DNA of 50,700 bases, filler included, from Bipalium vagum (lineage: Eukaryota), in the NCBI GenBank assembly GCA_037834085.1. It is 3 parts of 3 records of this genome, joined end to end, with 100 filler letters (N's around TTAATTAATTAA, not from the genome) between each part and the next. Parts side by side here need not be neighbours in the genome. Positions count along the whole stretch, not along the records: positions 32,691 to 50,700 come from JBBMKC010043993.1; 2 more parts are not named here. One strand, given 5' to 3'. The position numbers and the translations under genes are program-made. The notes below the pieces were generated by a model, which made no database searches, was not told the DNA's origin, and saw only the letters and a list, made by a program, of their open reading frames with translations. This document shows, in pieces, positions 40,401 to 50,700 of the stretch. Each line of letters begins with the position of its first letter. Position 1 is the stretch's first letter.

Positions 40401-43400
40401 ATTAACTGAGAGCAAGAAATGTATTGGTGAACGAAGATGGGTCAAATTCTATGGGCCTCAGCATCAATTATCCCAGTAAAATGCCAAGCTTTTTTCATGA
40501 TATGAATAGGTTCTTCATAAAATCATTAGGTCGAGAAGATTTTTAATCAGTAAATTTCAAAAATTGGACTTTCATGTTAATTTAATTAATGTAATTTTTT
40601 AAATAAAAGTTAAATATTTTGAAAAACCCTGTATAATTAATTTGCTAAAAAAATTCTAATTTTTTAAGAAATCAATGACTTTTTGTAAGTTACTATGTCA
40701 ATGGTTTCGTTTTACTTACATAGTCCATGAAAATATTTAACAATTAATTAATTAATTAAAACAATCATCTTACAAGGAAATTATCTGAGACGTTCATAAA
40801 ATTGATGGCGCTTATGTAGTTATTACAAGTAATAATAGAAAATTTTAAAAATTTCTGATCTTTATATTAAATTATTAAAAATAACGAGTTCCATAATACT
40901 TTATTACATAAATCATAAAATTTAAATAACCTTGGTCTAATACATTAACAATAACTCTTAAGAATTGGACAAAGATCCTTTGGATCACTCCAAAAATCTT
41001 TTAAAAAGAATTAAGTATTGAATACTTCGAATTGAACAATATTTTCAATATATAACAATTCTCATATCTCATTGATATTCGACATTGAATAACCGAATAC
41101 AATAAATATTATGTGTAAAAGTATGATTCCGCCGTTTTATAGAGTTCATAAAATCAATGACAGAAAAAAACAAATTAAATTTTCAACAAAAATAATTTTC
41201 ATCCTTCGCGATAACATTTTTCAAAACTTTGGACAATTGCAACATTAAGATTAATAGGGCTTAATCTGAACTACAGATAAAAAAACATTGTTTTGAAATA
41301 TTTCTTTGTTAAAAGATAAACATAATTAAAAATACGGATGAGACATACTTGTACACCTAGTTATAACTGTTAAATAACAGAAGCAAATTGTCTTGTTCAC
41401 CCAATCTTTCAATTGCAAATAAAATAATTGCTCAAATATGTGGTTCTTATTTCAATTGGATTACATCTTCCAACAATTTGATCTGAATATTAAACAGTTT
41501 TGGAACAGCATCTGAAAGTCTAATTTATTAAATTTAATAAAAAATATATTGCTAATTGTTGATTTTGTGAAAATATTTTACATAATTTTTGTTCCATTAT
41601 CATTTCTTTTAAAGAGGTCGTTGTATTTAACAAAACCGTTTCGATTTTTTATGAAAGGTCTATTGATTTTAATAAGCAAAAAATTTTAATTTTTTCAATT
41701 ATTTTGTTTTACATTTTCCACTTTGCAATAAAAGTTTAAAATAATTTTACGTAAAAATAAATAAAGTTATGAACAGTTGACAAAACTAATGTGAATAATA
41801 TTTGAAGTTTGAGATATTTTGAATATATAAGAAACCTCTGTAAAAAATCTGAGAAATTAAAGGAATAATTTTAAAAAAATAACCTTATTCTCATATTTTT
41901 ATCAAAAGAAATGAACAACCTACGGCCACTCTGGCATAAAACATATGGTCACTTGTATTTTTCACTTGTATATTCTGCACAACCAATTTTGACAGATATA
42001 CCTGGAATTTTTATCAATGTTTATTAATAAAATAAAACTTCGATAATCTTATTGGAAGTACTTAATATTTTGAAATTTTAGTTCTTATTATTTTTATAAG
42101 ACATTTACGTTCACCAAAGTATGATTAAAAAAGTAAAATACTGACTTTGACACCATCTATTGTTTTCAGTACGAAATCTTTTGTGCACAAGATTTTGTGA
42201 TCAAGAATCGTTACATATTGATCATATATGATATTCATTGCGATGTTGAAGTTACTTCTCACGGTTTCAGAATCTTTAATGATTTCCAAGAGAAATTTTG
42301 TTGATAAACAACTTGATGTTAAATTTGCCCACTGAACACTCTTTTCTTGTAAATCAGTCGATTTATCTAAAGATTTTTAAAATGAAGTATTTTTCAAGAC
42401 ATTTTAAGCGTTTATTTTAATTTTTACAATTATAAAAAAATTTTCATTTGTCAAATATTATAAAAAAGTCTTTCAACCAAAAAATTAATGAAATCAATAA
42501 TAATAATAATTGTTTGCTGCGAGATCAACAAAATCAGTCATAATTATAAATATGTATTTTTGAATGTCTTTTCAAAACAATATTAATTTTAAAAATTCCA
42601 TTTTAAATAAATAAATATATTGTGTCATTAAATATCAAATTCATTTCAATAAAAATTATTTTTAAAATAAATTATAAAATTAAATTTATAATTAATTAAA
42701 AATTAAAATTAGGCACAATGCAAAAATTTAAAATTAGAAATCACTTTAAATACTCACAATAAGATAGAATTCGATAATTACTAAGAGTGATTTTCTGAAG
42801 AAAAATGAGAATCATGATCGTCGCCGAAGCTTAATAGTTTCAAAATTCATGAATTATCCATTTTCGATATTTTTCAACAGGTCAACATAATTTATTATAA
42901 TCACAAATAATTCTAAATAGTCAATTTTTAAAATGAACTATGTGAGGATGAATAATTTAAAATATTTCCGAAAGATATTGACATTTTTACAAATGAGCAC
43001 ATATCAAAAAATGATTTTATGTACTCTTCTAACTGTCATAATACAAAAAAATAAAATCAATTAATTATTTATTTTCAGTATTTGGTGTATCAAATTTAAC
43101 TTGACTCCAACTCGTAGGTGGTGCAAAATAACAGCAATCGGTAAATTAATAACCTGTATTTATATCACAAAATAATAAAAACAATATAAGAATCACAATT
43201 AAATAACAATGTTCAGATTGTCTTAAATTTTTCAGATAATAAAATAACAATCAAATGAAATCAGTTGATTAAAAAATTGTTAATTAAAATGATAATTCAA
43301 TGAAAATCAATTAATTAAAACACATTACGCTAAAATTAATAATAAGATTTATAATAGGTAAAGAAAAATATTTTTTAAAAACGAACAATCTTACGATTTA

Positions 43401-45347
43401 TCTTCGGTTTAAATTCCCGAAATATCAACTGACCCCTAATGTTTTCATATTTATTCCTCTAATGGGGAAATTAAACATAATCACAGAAAAAGGCAAACAT
43501 AACTGAAATACTTGAATGCTTAGTTTCAGAATCAGAATAACGTTGGTTACTCCGAATATCGTTATCTTCGAATAAAAGTAAACTTCAGAATAACGTCTTC
43601 CCTATGTTCTGCAGGATAATTAATATCAAATTTCTTAAAAACCATTTGAGGGCGAAATTCTACTGAAATCATTTTATACTTTTTGCAATGCTTCTGTTAA
43701 GCTTATCTTGACTTAGATCAATGATAATAATAATAATCTCAAAAACCTAAAAACTCCTTTAAGTCTTAAAATTAAAGGACCTAGAAGACAACCATGGCAC
43801 TCCTTGTCGCTACTGGTGAGAGTATTTTAAATTTTGTTTTATTTTCTTTATTTTTATTATTATTATAAATTTCATTTTACTAGTATTATCTTGAATTTCT
43901 AATTTGGATTATTTTTGTTTTTTGATTTTCAGATAATTAAACAATTTTGATTTTGAGACATTTGGACAATTTCGAATATTGATTTCTAGACATTTTTCGA
44001 TTTTGGGGAGTGTAAAGATTTTACATTAAAAAATATTTATTTTTATTGTGATTGGTTTGATTCAAATAGTGTGCGGATAAAGTTTTATTGTTGGTTTTTG
44101 ATTCAAATTGAGTTTTAATTTGTGCAGCTACAATAATAAGACGAACATAACATTGAATAGTGAGAAGTTATTGATTTACGAGCAATAGATTTATCAACAG
44201 ATTTAATGATGACCCAGAGGGTTTTTATATTAGACTAGTAACTCTTGATGAGACATTGATTTATCAATACGATCCTGGAAGTAAGATTCTGTCTACGCAA
44301 TGGTTACCAAAGGATCAAATATCCATATAAGTTCAAAGCTGAATGCTCAATGAAAAAGATTGTGGTTACTATTTTTGAGATTCTGCAGGTATAATTCTGG
44401 TAGCCTTTGTCGAGAATCAGAGGACAGTTTTGACAGGTACTCCAAAGAAGTTTTGAGAAAACCTCATTCTGCACTTGCAAGCAATAACCAGGAAAAAATC
44501 ATCGTCGAATCTTCTTTAATCATGACAATGCACCAGTACATTAGTGCAATCTAACTAAGGCTGAACTTTAACAATATCGTTTGGTTATACTTTCGTATAA
44601 AATTTTTATTATATGTTTTTATTCGTATGATTTATCGGGACTTTTTCGTTCACTCATGTATAAAACTTCTATGTATTTATTATCTGAATTTTTTGCTTTA
44701 AAGCTACATTTCAACACTTCAATCATTACTAATAATTTAAAGGTCTCAATTTAAAACTAAACTTATTATCAATAACTCTTTAAAAATTTATAACATTTTT
44801 TAAAGTATTAATATTGCAAAATCAAAATTAATTCTGATTTATATTAGATAAAAATATTCGTCAGTGTTTGGATATTCATCTTATTTTTTAAAAAAATTCA
44901 ACCCAAGATTTTATAAAGAATAAAATTATAATATAAAACATTCATATATGGACTCTAGAGTAAGAGTATTCCATAAACGATGCAAATTAGTTATAGTATA
45001 TAAATACTAACATGCTTCCAATAAGTAACTGAAATAAATGACATTAATTAAATAGTAAAACCTCAAAAAATCCATTTTGTAAAAATTGTTTAATAATTCT
45101 TTATAATAAGAATTATCGATTTATATAAAATAACGTTAAAAAATCTTTAATATTTTTTTTTGTAAAATCGGCTTCTAAATTAGTCTTCATTTAATTATTC
45201 AACAATGTTTACAATATTATCCAAACTCAAGTCTGCCACGTCACTATTTTTTTGACCCATAATCAGTTCTAATCCTCCATTTAATGGATTTGTGGATTGG
45301 TTAAGTTTGAACTGATTTTTGTTACAATCGTTGATACGAATTTCCAA
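37411..45347 (-). CDS. TOP6BL: Candidate TOPOVIBL (TOP6BL/MTOPVIB, SPO11 B-like partner), transducer plus C-terminal half, ~385 aa
   Basis: Phase-consistent exons 45347-45213, 43693-43595, 43565-43512 (boundary uncertain), 43458-43395, 42829-42758, 42366-42146, 42001-41924, 39988-39867, 39824-39710, 38510-38402 and 37499-37411 (TAA). Ordered motifs HCKKYKMISV, FDINYPAE, SATIMILIFLQ, LSTKFLLEIIKDSETVRSNFNIAMNIIYDQY and IINNTLSSW match the mouse TOPOVIBL motifs as I recall them ([68 protein letters not shown]). The gene's existence is well supported; its identity is moderately supported. Confidence 0.65.
37530..38330 (-). mobile_element. DD37D (maT)-like Tc1/mariner remnant in last intron
   Basis: KLAIKFLLQNKNYGSKRLMKEF, GISKSAVHDI, EICISGLGKTLIHLIEPGFKINGDYYRK. 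Confidence 0.75.
38860..39364 (+). mobile_element. mariner remnant
   Basis: WDIICHP.YSTDLSPTDFLLFLNLDNHL, ENGINKLQNH; TIR-like end tagacacccaata. Confidence 0.7.
40380..40633 (-). mobile_element. Short Tc1/mariner-like remnant
   Basis: TA-CAGGGTTTTTCAAAA terminus on the minus strand at 40633, followed by degenerate coding-like sequence. Confidence 0.4.
44120..44700 (+). mobile_element. mariner transposase remnant
   Basis: VTLDETLIYQYDP..STQW, FFNHDNAPVH. Its 5' flank (44121-44169) is shared with 36151-36198. Confidence 0.75.
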
Positions 45348-45479
45348 CTAACAGATTAGTTTATATTGATTTTTTGATGTGAAGTTCTTTTCTAATTCGC
45401 AAGTTGATGAACTCTTCAAACCAAATCGTCATTTAAAAACTATTGAAGATCAAAGTCAACTTTTAAATTTATACTTACC

Positions 45480-45750
45480 AAAATTATTTTTGGTTAATTT
45501 TTGTATTTAAACTTTACTATAACTAATTTATTGCAGTGTTCTTTATTGTAATGAATGTATTTAATGTATTTCACAGATTTTGGTTTTAAAACAAATTTTA
45601 ATTTAGTGTTTTAACAAGTAATGAGATTTTTATTAATTTCGATTTTGAAAATTTTTTTCGCTTTTGTTTTATATTTATTATTATGAAATTATAATTTTGA
45701 AATTATTATTTATCTAATCTAATCAATGTATTTGTTTTAATATCCAGCTC
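45480..45750. promoter_or_regulatory. Putative bidirectional promoter / 5' UTR region shared by TRNT1 and the TOP6BL-like gene
   Basis: Head-to-head genes ~400 bp apart. Minus-strand GTAAGT donor at 45478 with stops in all upstream frames (UTR-like); plus-strand acceptor-like tatccag just before the TRNT1 ATG. Confidence 0.4.
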
Positions 45751-47253
45751 ATGTCTATTTTTATAAGAAGATTTAAATATTGTTGCAGAAACAAATTCAT
45801 ATCAAATATCAGAAATTTTAGTTTTAAAATGTTTAAACTTTCAGATTTATCATTAGACATTCATTTTGAAAACTTATGGAATGATGAATTAAATCAATTA
45901 GTAAATTTATTTAAAGAAAATAACTTCGAAATCAGAATAGCCGGAGGAGCTGTTCGAGATATATTAATGAATATTATACCACATGATATTGATTTTGCAA
46001 CTGATGCAACACCCACAGAAATGAAGGAAATGTTTATTAAAAACAATATTCGTTTGATTAATGCAAACGGTGAGTCTCACGGAACTATAACTCCACGAAT
46101 AAATGACAAAGTTGATTACAATATTTTTTTAATTTTTGACATTTTTTTCAGGAAAATTTTGAAATTACAACTCTACGAATAGATAGAATCACTGATGGGC
46201 GGAGAGCGGAGGTTGAGTTCACTAAAGACTGGAAACTTGACTCTGAACGTCGAGATTTAACTATTAACTCTATGTTTCTTGATCGCGATGGAAATGTTTA
46301 CGATTATTTTGGTGGTTATGAAGATATAAAAAATAGAATTATTCGTTTTGTTGGTAACGCCGAGAGTCGAATTCAAGAAGATTACTTGAGAATTCTCAGG
46401 TACTTTCGATTTTTTGGTCGAATTGCAGCTAATCCTCATGACCATTTGGAAGAAATAATTGATGTACTTAATTTATCATTTTGGAAAACATTTTGTATTT
46501 ATTTATTTTAATAAAATAAATTTTTCGATAGAAGTCAAATCATTATGAATTTTTTTTAAGAAAATTAGAAGCAACAAGGATGGACTACAACGAGTTAGTG
46601 GCGAACGAATATGGATGGAGCTGAGGAAAATCGTTAGTGGGCGATTCGCACCCCAAATAATAACGAAAATGACTGAATGTGAGCTTCTACCTCTTTTGGG
46701 ATTGCCTGCTTCTCCAGTATTATCGGAATTTGAATTTCACCATGAAAAATTATCGAAAAACCATGGTAATCCAGCCGTATTTTTGTCGGCCTTGTTTCAA
46801 AACAATAGTCAGTTGTTGATTGCGATGGAACGAATGAAATTATCACGCGAAGACTTTATCTTAGCTTCGTATATGATATCTTCGAGACAAAAATTATCTG
46901 ATTTAATAAAACAAGAATCTCCAGATAATATATTGATGCATTTCCAAAACGACTTCATCATGCACTTTGGGGAACCATCATTGCCGAAATTAAAATTATG
47001 TTATCATGAGTATTTTAAATATTTCGACAGATTAGATTTGTGGGTTCGTTTTGACGAGTGGAAACCTCCGCGGTTTCCGGTTCGTGGAGATGTTTTACGT
47101 TTAAAATGGAATGTTTCTGGCAAGAAGTTGGGAATGGGTATGCAATTTTTGAAAAGAAAATGGATGGAAACGAATTTCACAGCATCCTGCGAAGAATTGA
47201 CAGAAAACGAACTTTTGAGAACCGAATTTATGCGGTGTGAAGTGAAAGATTGA
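45751..47253 (+). CDS. TRNT1: CCA tRNA nucleotidyltransferase 1 (class II CCA-adding enzyme), mitochondrial/cytosolic
   Basis: Exons 45751-46110, 46152-46463 and 46561-47253. Motifs [85 protein letters not shown]. Confidence 0.97.
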
Positions 47254-47859
47254 ATTTGTTTTCTCGATATTTTGTTTATAAATATAATTTTAATAATTAT
47301 TTTTAATTATTGATTGAAAATGAGAATAAAACTTAGAAAGTGAAAATGTTCAAGTTCAGTCTAATCTTAATTAGAATTTTAATTTATGTACAACAATTAT
47401 TCGATAATGTTAAAATAGATAACTCCAGGAAAAAGAAAGATTTTTTGAGATAAAATTCGACTTTTTATAATTCTTGTGAATAATCTTCAAAGATAAGCTA
47501 TGTTATTAATATATTAATTAAATATTTAAATAGATAAGGAAAGTCATGTCGGTTTTTGATATTTTTATATTAGAAAGGATATAATATTTGTTTTTTATAA
47601 AATAATTTGCTTAATTAAGAACCTCAGAAAATAATTGTTACATTTCTCGAATCTAGAAATCTTTTAAAAAGAAAGTAGATTGTAAAATGTTGCAGTGGGT
47701 TAGGAAATTATGGTAAGTGTAATTATGTATTCTGATTTTAAGAACAATTATAAACGTAAAAATAGATTTAAAAATTCAGTAAATATATTGAAATTAGATT
47801 TTCATAAATGTGTTATAATATATTTTAACAAGTTTTGAATTTATAAAACACTTAAGAGA

Positions 47860-48760
47860 AAGTTGAAAAAACCATAATTGGTATACCGGAAAAAGTCGAA
47901 CGCTACCGGTTTTGTTACAGTGAAAATTAAATATCGTTATTGATACTGTTATCGGTACATGTACCTTTAAAAAATTACGTTATTGCGTTACGGTATAATA
48001 TTTATATATTGTTTCAAGTTTTATATAATAGAAATCACAAAAATAAAGAATATAAATAATATTTCAGAACATTAGAATTTTTTTAATTACCATCTTTATC
48101 TGAGTAATACCGTGCCAATAATAACAGAGAATCTTCAAAAATTAAATCATTCATTTTATTCTTCCTATTTGATAGGATCCATTTCAAAATAGAAAATAAT
48201 TTCTTCACATAAACTTGTGTTCCTTGTACGAATTTCGCAATTTTGGCTAAAATTTCATTTTTTTCCAGGCTGATTCCAATAATCTAAAATATTAATAGTA
48301 TCATTTATTGAATGATTTTCTGTATCTCTAAAATCATTAGGCATCTGAGAAATTTGATTTTCTTTATAGAATTCCGAGCATTATCTGATGTAAATGTATA
48401 TATTTGGCGGTTTTGAATTCCATATTTTTGATATAAAGACAAAATCTCGTTTAACAGGTTTTCACTATTATGCTTTACATATATTTCTGTCACGGCCAAT
48501 GTTTGTATTTTAATTTTATTATTGCATTCAAATTGGATATTTATTCCAATAATAGATCTATATAATCTTGTCACACAATCAACTTTTAAAGAGATCATTT
48601 TATTTTGTACTACTTTGGTAATTTAGCCTCAATATAACGCCGATTAACGCTTTGTTAATCAAGTCAAATATTTGAAAAATGCGCTTGACTTTTGATTAAA
48701 TAATCTAATTACTGTCCCACAAAATGTAAGATTCAATGAAAAGAGAGATAAATTATGTTT
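47860..48760 (-). mobile_element. Internally deleted hAT transposon
   Basis: ISLKVDCVTR..IIGINIQ..HNSENL..TSDNARN fused to the dimerisation domain DYW...LAKIAK..TQVYVKKLFSILK. TACCG/CGGTA subterminal repeats at 47880-47995. Confidence 0.85.
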
Positions 48761-48824
48761 GGAATAATTGGTATCATATTAGAACAGATTACATGTGTGA
48801 TTCTCAGAGTAATCATTATTTATA

Positions 48825-50090
48825 TTAGGTTGCTGGAACTGACGCATTTTTACAACAGATGGAAATAGTTTAATTTCATAAATACTCTATTATTTGTATT
48901 TACTTTATTGTCATATCATTCATAAGTGGATATAAATGTATTGATTGGTAAAAATGTTGTTAAGATTTTTTTTAATTTTCTTAGACTTAGCAACAATTTG
49001 AAATGGAAGAAAAATGCAATTGAGACATGTTTTATTTTATTTTCTCAAATTGAAAACGTACATCAAGCTTGATAAAAGTTTCAAAAAACATCAATGTCTA
49101 CTGTAAGAAGCTAAAAATATCTGAGTAATATATTAAATTTTTTAATTTAATTTGCAGTATATTGAGCTAAAATATTTTAATAATTAAATAAAAGTATAAA
49201 TTAAATTTTTAATAAAAACAAGAATAAATTTTAAAGCTCAATATACTCGAATTAAATGCGAAACTTTTATATGTGAAAATTATTATAATTTCATTTGTTT
49301 TAAAAGCAAAATGAACAAAACAGAAAACGGTTTGAATTAATAAATTATTATGGAGTGTAATGATTTTTTAGCCACAACTAACATAGTCATTGACATACTC
49401 TTACAGAGGCACAAAAGAAAGTCTTCCATTGATTATTGACAGGAGATGAAAAGTGGATCTATTTTAAAAATCCAAAACGTACGAAAGCATGAATTTCGTA
49501 CCACTTCAACCATGAAAACAAACTACAGAACCGGACGACTTCGGAAAGAAAACAATGTTCTGCGCCTGGCGAGATCAGCAAGGCGTGGTGTACCATGCGC
49601 TTCTCACATCAGGTGAAAGGGTTAATTCGGAGAGATACCAAAACCAAAATGCCCAGCTGAATCAGTCTTTAATAGTTAAATGTCCAGAATGGGTCAATAA
49701 ACATGGCAAAGTAATTCTTCTACATGACAACGCAACGCCTCACATTTCTAAAGCAGTTAAAAGCATGTTAAGAGATATGAAATGGGAAGTACTCACCAAC
49801 TCGCCGTATTCACCAGATGTTGCTCCTTCCGATTTTCACCGGTTCCGTTCAATGGCACATGGACTTGCTGAGCAGCACTTCAAATCGTAGGACGATGTCC
49901 ACAATTGGGTCTTTGGATGGTTCGCCTAAAATCAGTAAAGTTCTTTTGGGATAATCCATAAATTGTTTGAAAGATGGAAGAAATGTGGGGATAACAGTGG
50001 TCATTATTTTAAAAAAAATATTTTTTATTTCGAAATTATTATGTTTCGATTATTAAAAAATCCGCATTATTTATTTGTAATCATAATATG
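48825..50090 (+). mobile_element. mariner (DD34D) element, pseudogenised, with nested insertion
   Basis: TGDEKWIYFKNPKR, FGKKTMFCAW.DQQGVVY, ILLHDNATPH, WEVLTNSPYSPDVAPSDFH.FRSM, ERWKKC...GHYF. Confidence 0.92.
49090..49405. repeat. Palindromic (foldback/MITE-like) insertion inside the mariner
   Basis: Inner inverted repeat TTTAATT..AGTATATTGAGCT (~49146-49168) versus AGCTCAATATACT..AATTAAA (~49235-49256); outer GCTAAAAA / TTTTTAGC and TCAATG / CATTGA pairs. Confidence 0.55.
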
Positions 50091-50700
50091 TTGTAAAATA
50101 AAAATATCTAGAAAAAAATAACCATTATAAATTATTATAATTATAATTAATAATAATAATATTATTATTATTGCTGTTGTTGTTAATAAAGCATAAATTC
50201 TAAATATTTAAAAATAGAAACTTAGAATTTCTAAAAATAAAAATAATTAACAAAGTATAGAAAATTAAACAAAATATTAAGTTAGTAATAAAATAGTTCA
50301 AAAAATATAATAAATATAAGTTTTAAGAATATAAAGTCATCATACTTAACTAACATTGAACATAAAGCGTTTGCAAAAATAGACAGAAAAGGATAGTCAA
50401 GAACTATAAACAAGAATAAACGAAGGGAATTGTCTAATTACTTATTTTTATCAAGTTAAAACAAGAGACAAAGAACAACAGAAGTCAGACGATACACAGA
50501 AACAAGAAGAAACAGAAGCATCTATACAATCTATAATATTTACATACACTTTTTCTAATACAATGCCATCCATATGTTTTGGGCCAGATTACGAATTATA
50601 TTATTATATTACGAATTATATTTAAAGTTTTATGATTTGAACTATGTTAATTTAGAAATATGTTTATGTTAGCTTTAAAACTCATTAAAAAATTATTTTA

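Noticed and set aside
40960-41260. Frame interrupted mainly by TGA, suggesting recoding or a numt
   Set aside because: No mitochondrial protein is recognisable, and the nuclear genes here use the standard code (TRNT1 ends in TGA).
46257-47240. Small ORFs 46257-46445, 46634-46846 and 47058-47240
   Set aside because: Antisense or off-frame shadows of TRNT1.
1-50700. CRISPR arrays, rRNA, tRNA or SL RNA genes
   Set aside because: No regularly spaced repeats, cloverleaf or recognisable structural RNA seen by eye; an Infernal/tRNAscan run would be needed to exclude them.

Overview
Very AT-rich, intron-containing animal genomic DNA. It is probably a flatworm such as a triclad planarian; this is inferred from the kinase sequence style, the 37-53 nt short-intron class and the base composition. 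The window has three assembly gaps. Two of them (16791-16890, 32591-32690) contain an artificial TTAATTAATTAA six-frame-stop spacer, so contiguity across them is not guaranteed. Four protein-coding genes can be spliced by hand with consistent GT-AG phases: (1) the 3' part of an OSR1/SPAK (fray-like) STE20 kinase, + strand, last exon not found; (2) the 5' part of a signal-peptide-bearing Ig-superfamily protein, + strand, truncated at a gap; (3) an 11-exon minus-strand gene invisible in the ORF track, whose product resembles the transducer and C-terminal half of meiotic TOPOVIBL (TOP6BL, the SPO11 partner) and has no GHKL half directly upstream; (4) a complete CCA-adding enzyme gene (TRNT1) head-to-head with gene 3. 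Introns and intergenic DNA are full of decayed transposons: mariner, Tc1, ITmD37E, DD37D/DD41D, pogo/Tigger, hAT, REL-type LINEs, a Penelope-like element, and a Polinton/Maverick fragment inserted into a Tigger. The most interesting signal is the candidate divergent TOPOVIBL and its unusual 5' architecture. All homology calls are by eye or from memory and need HMM or structure confirmation.
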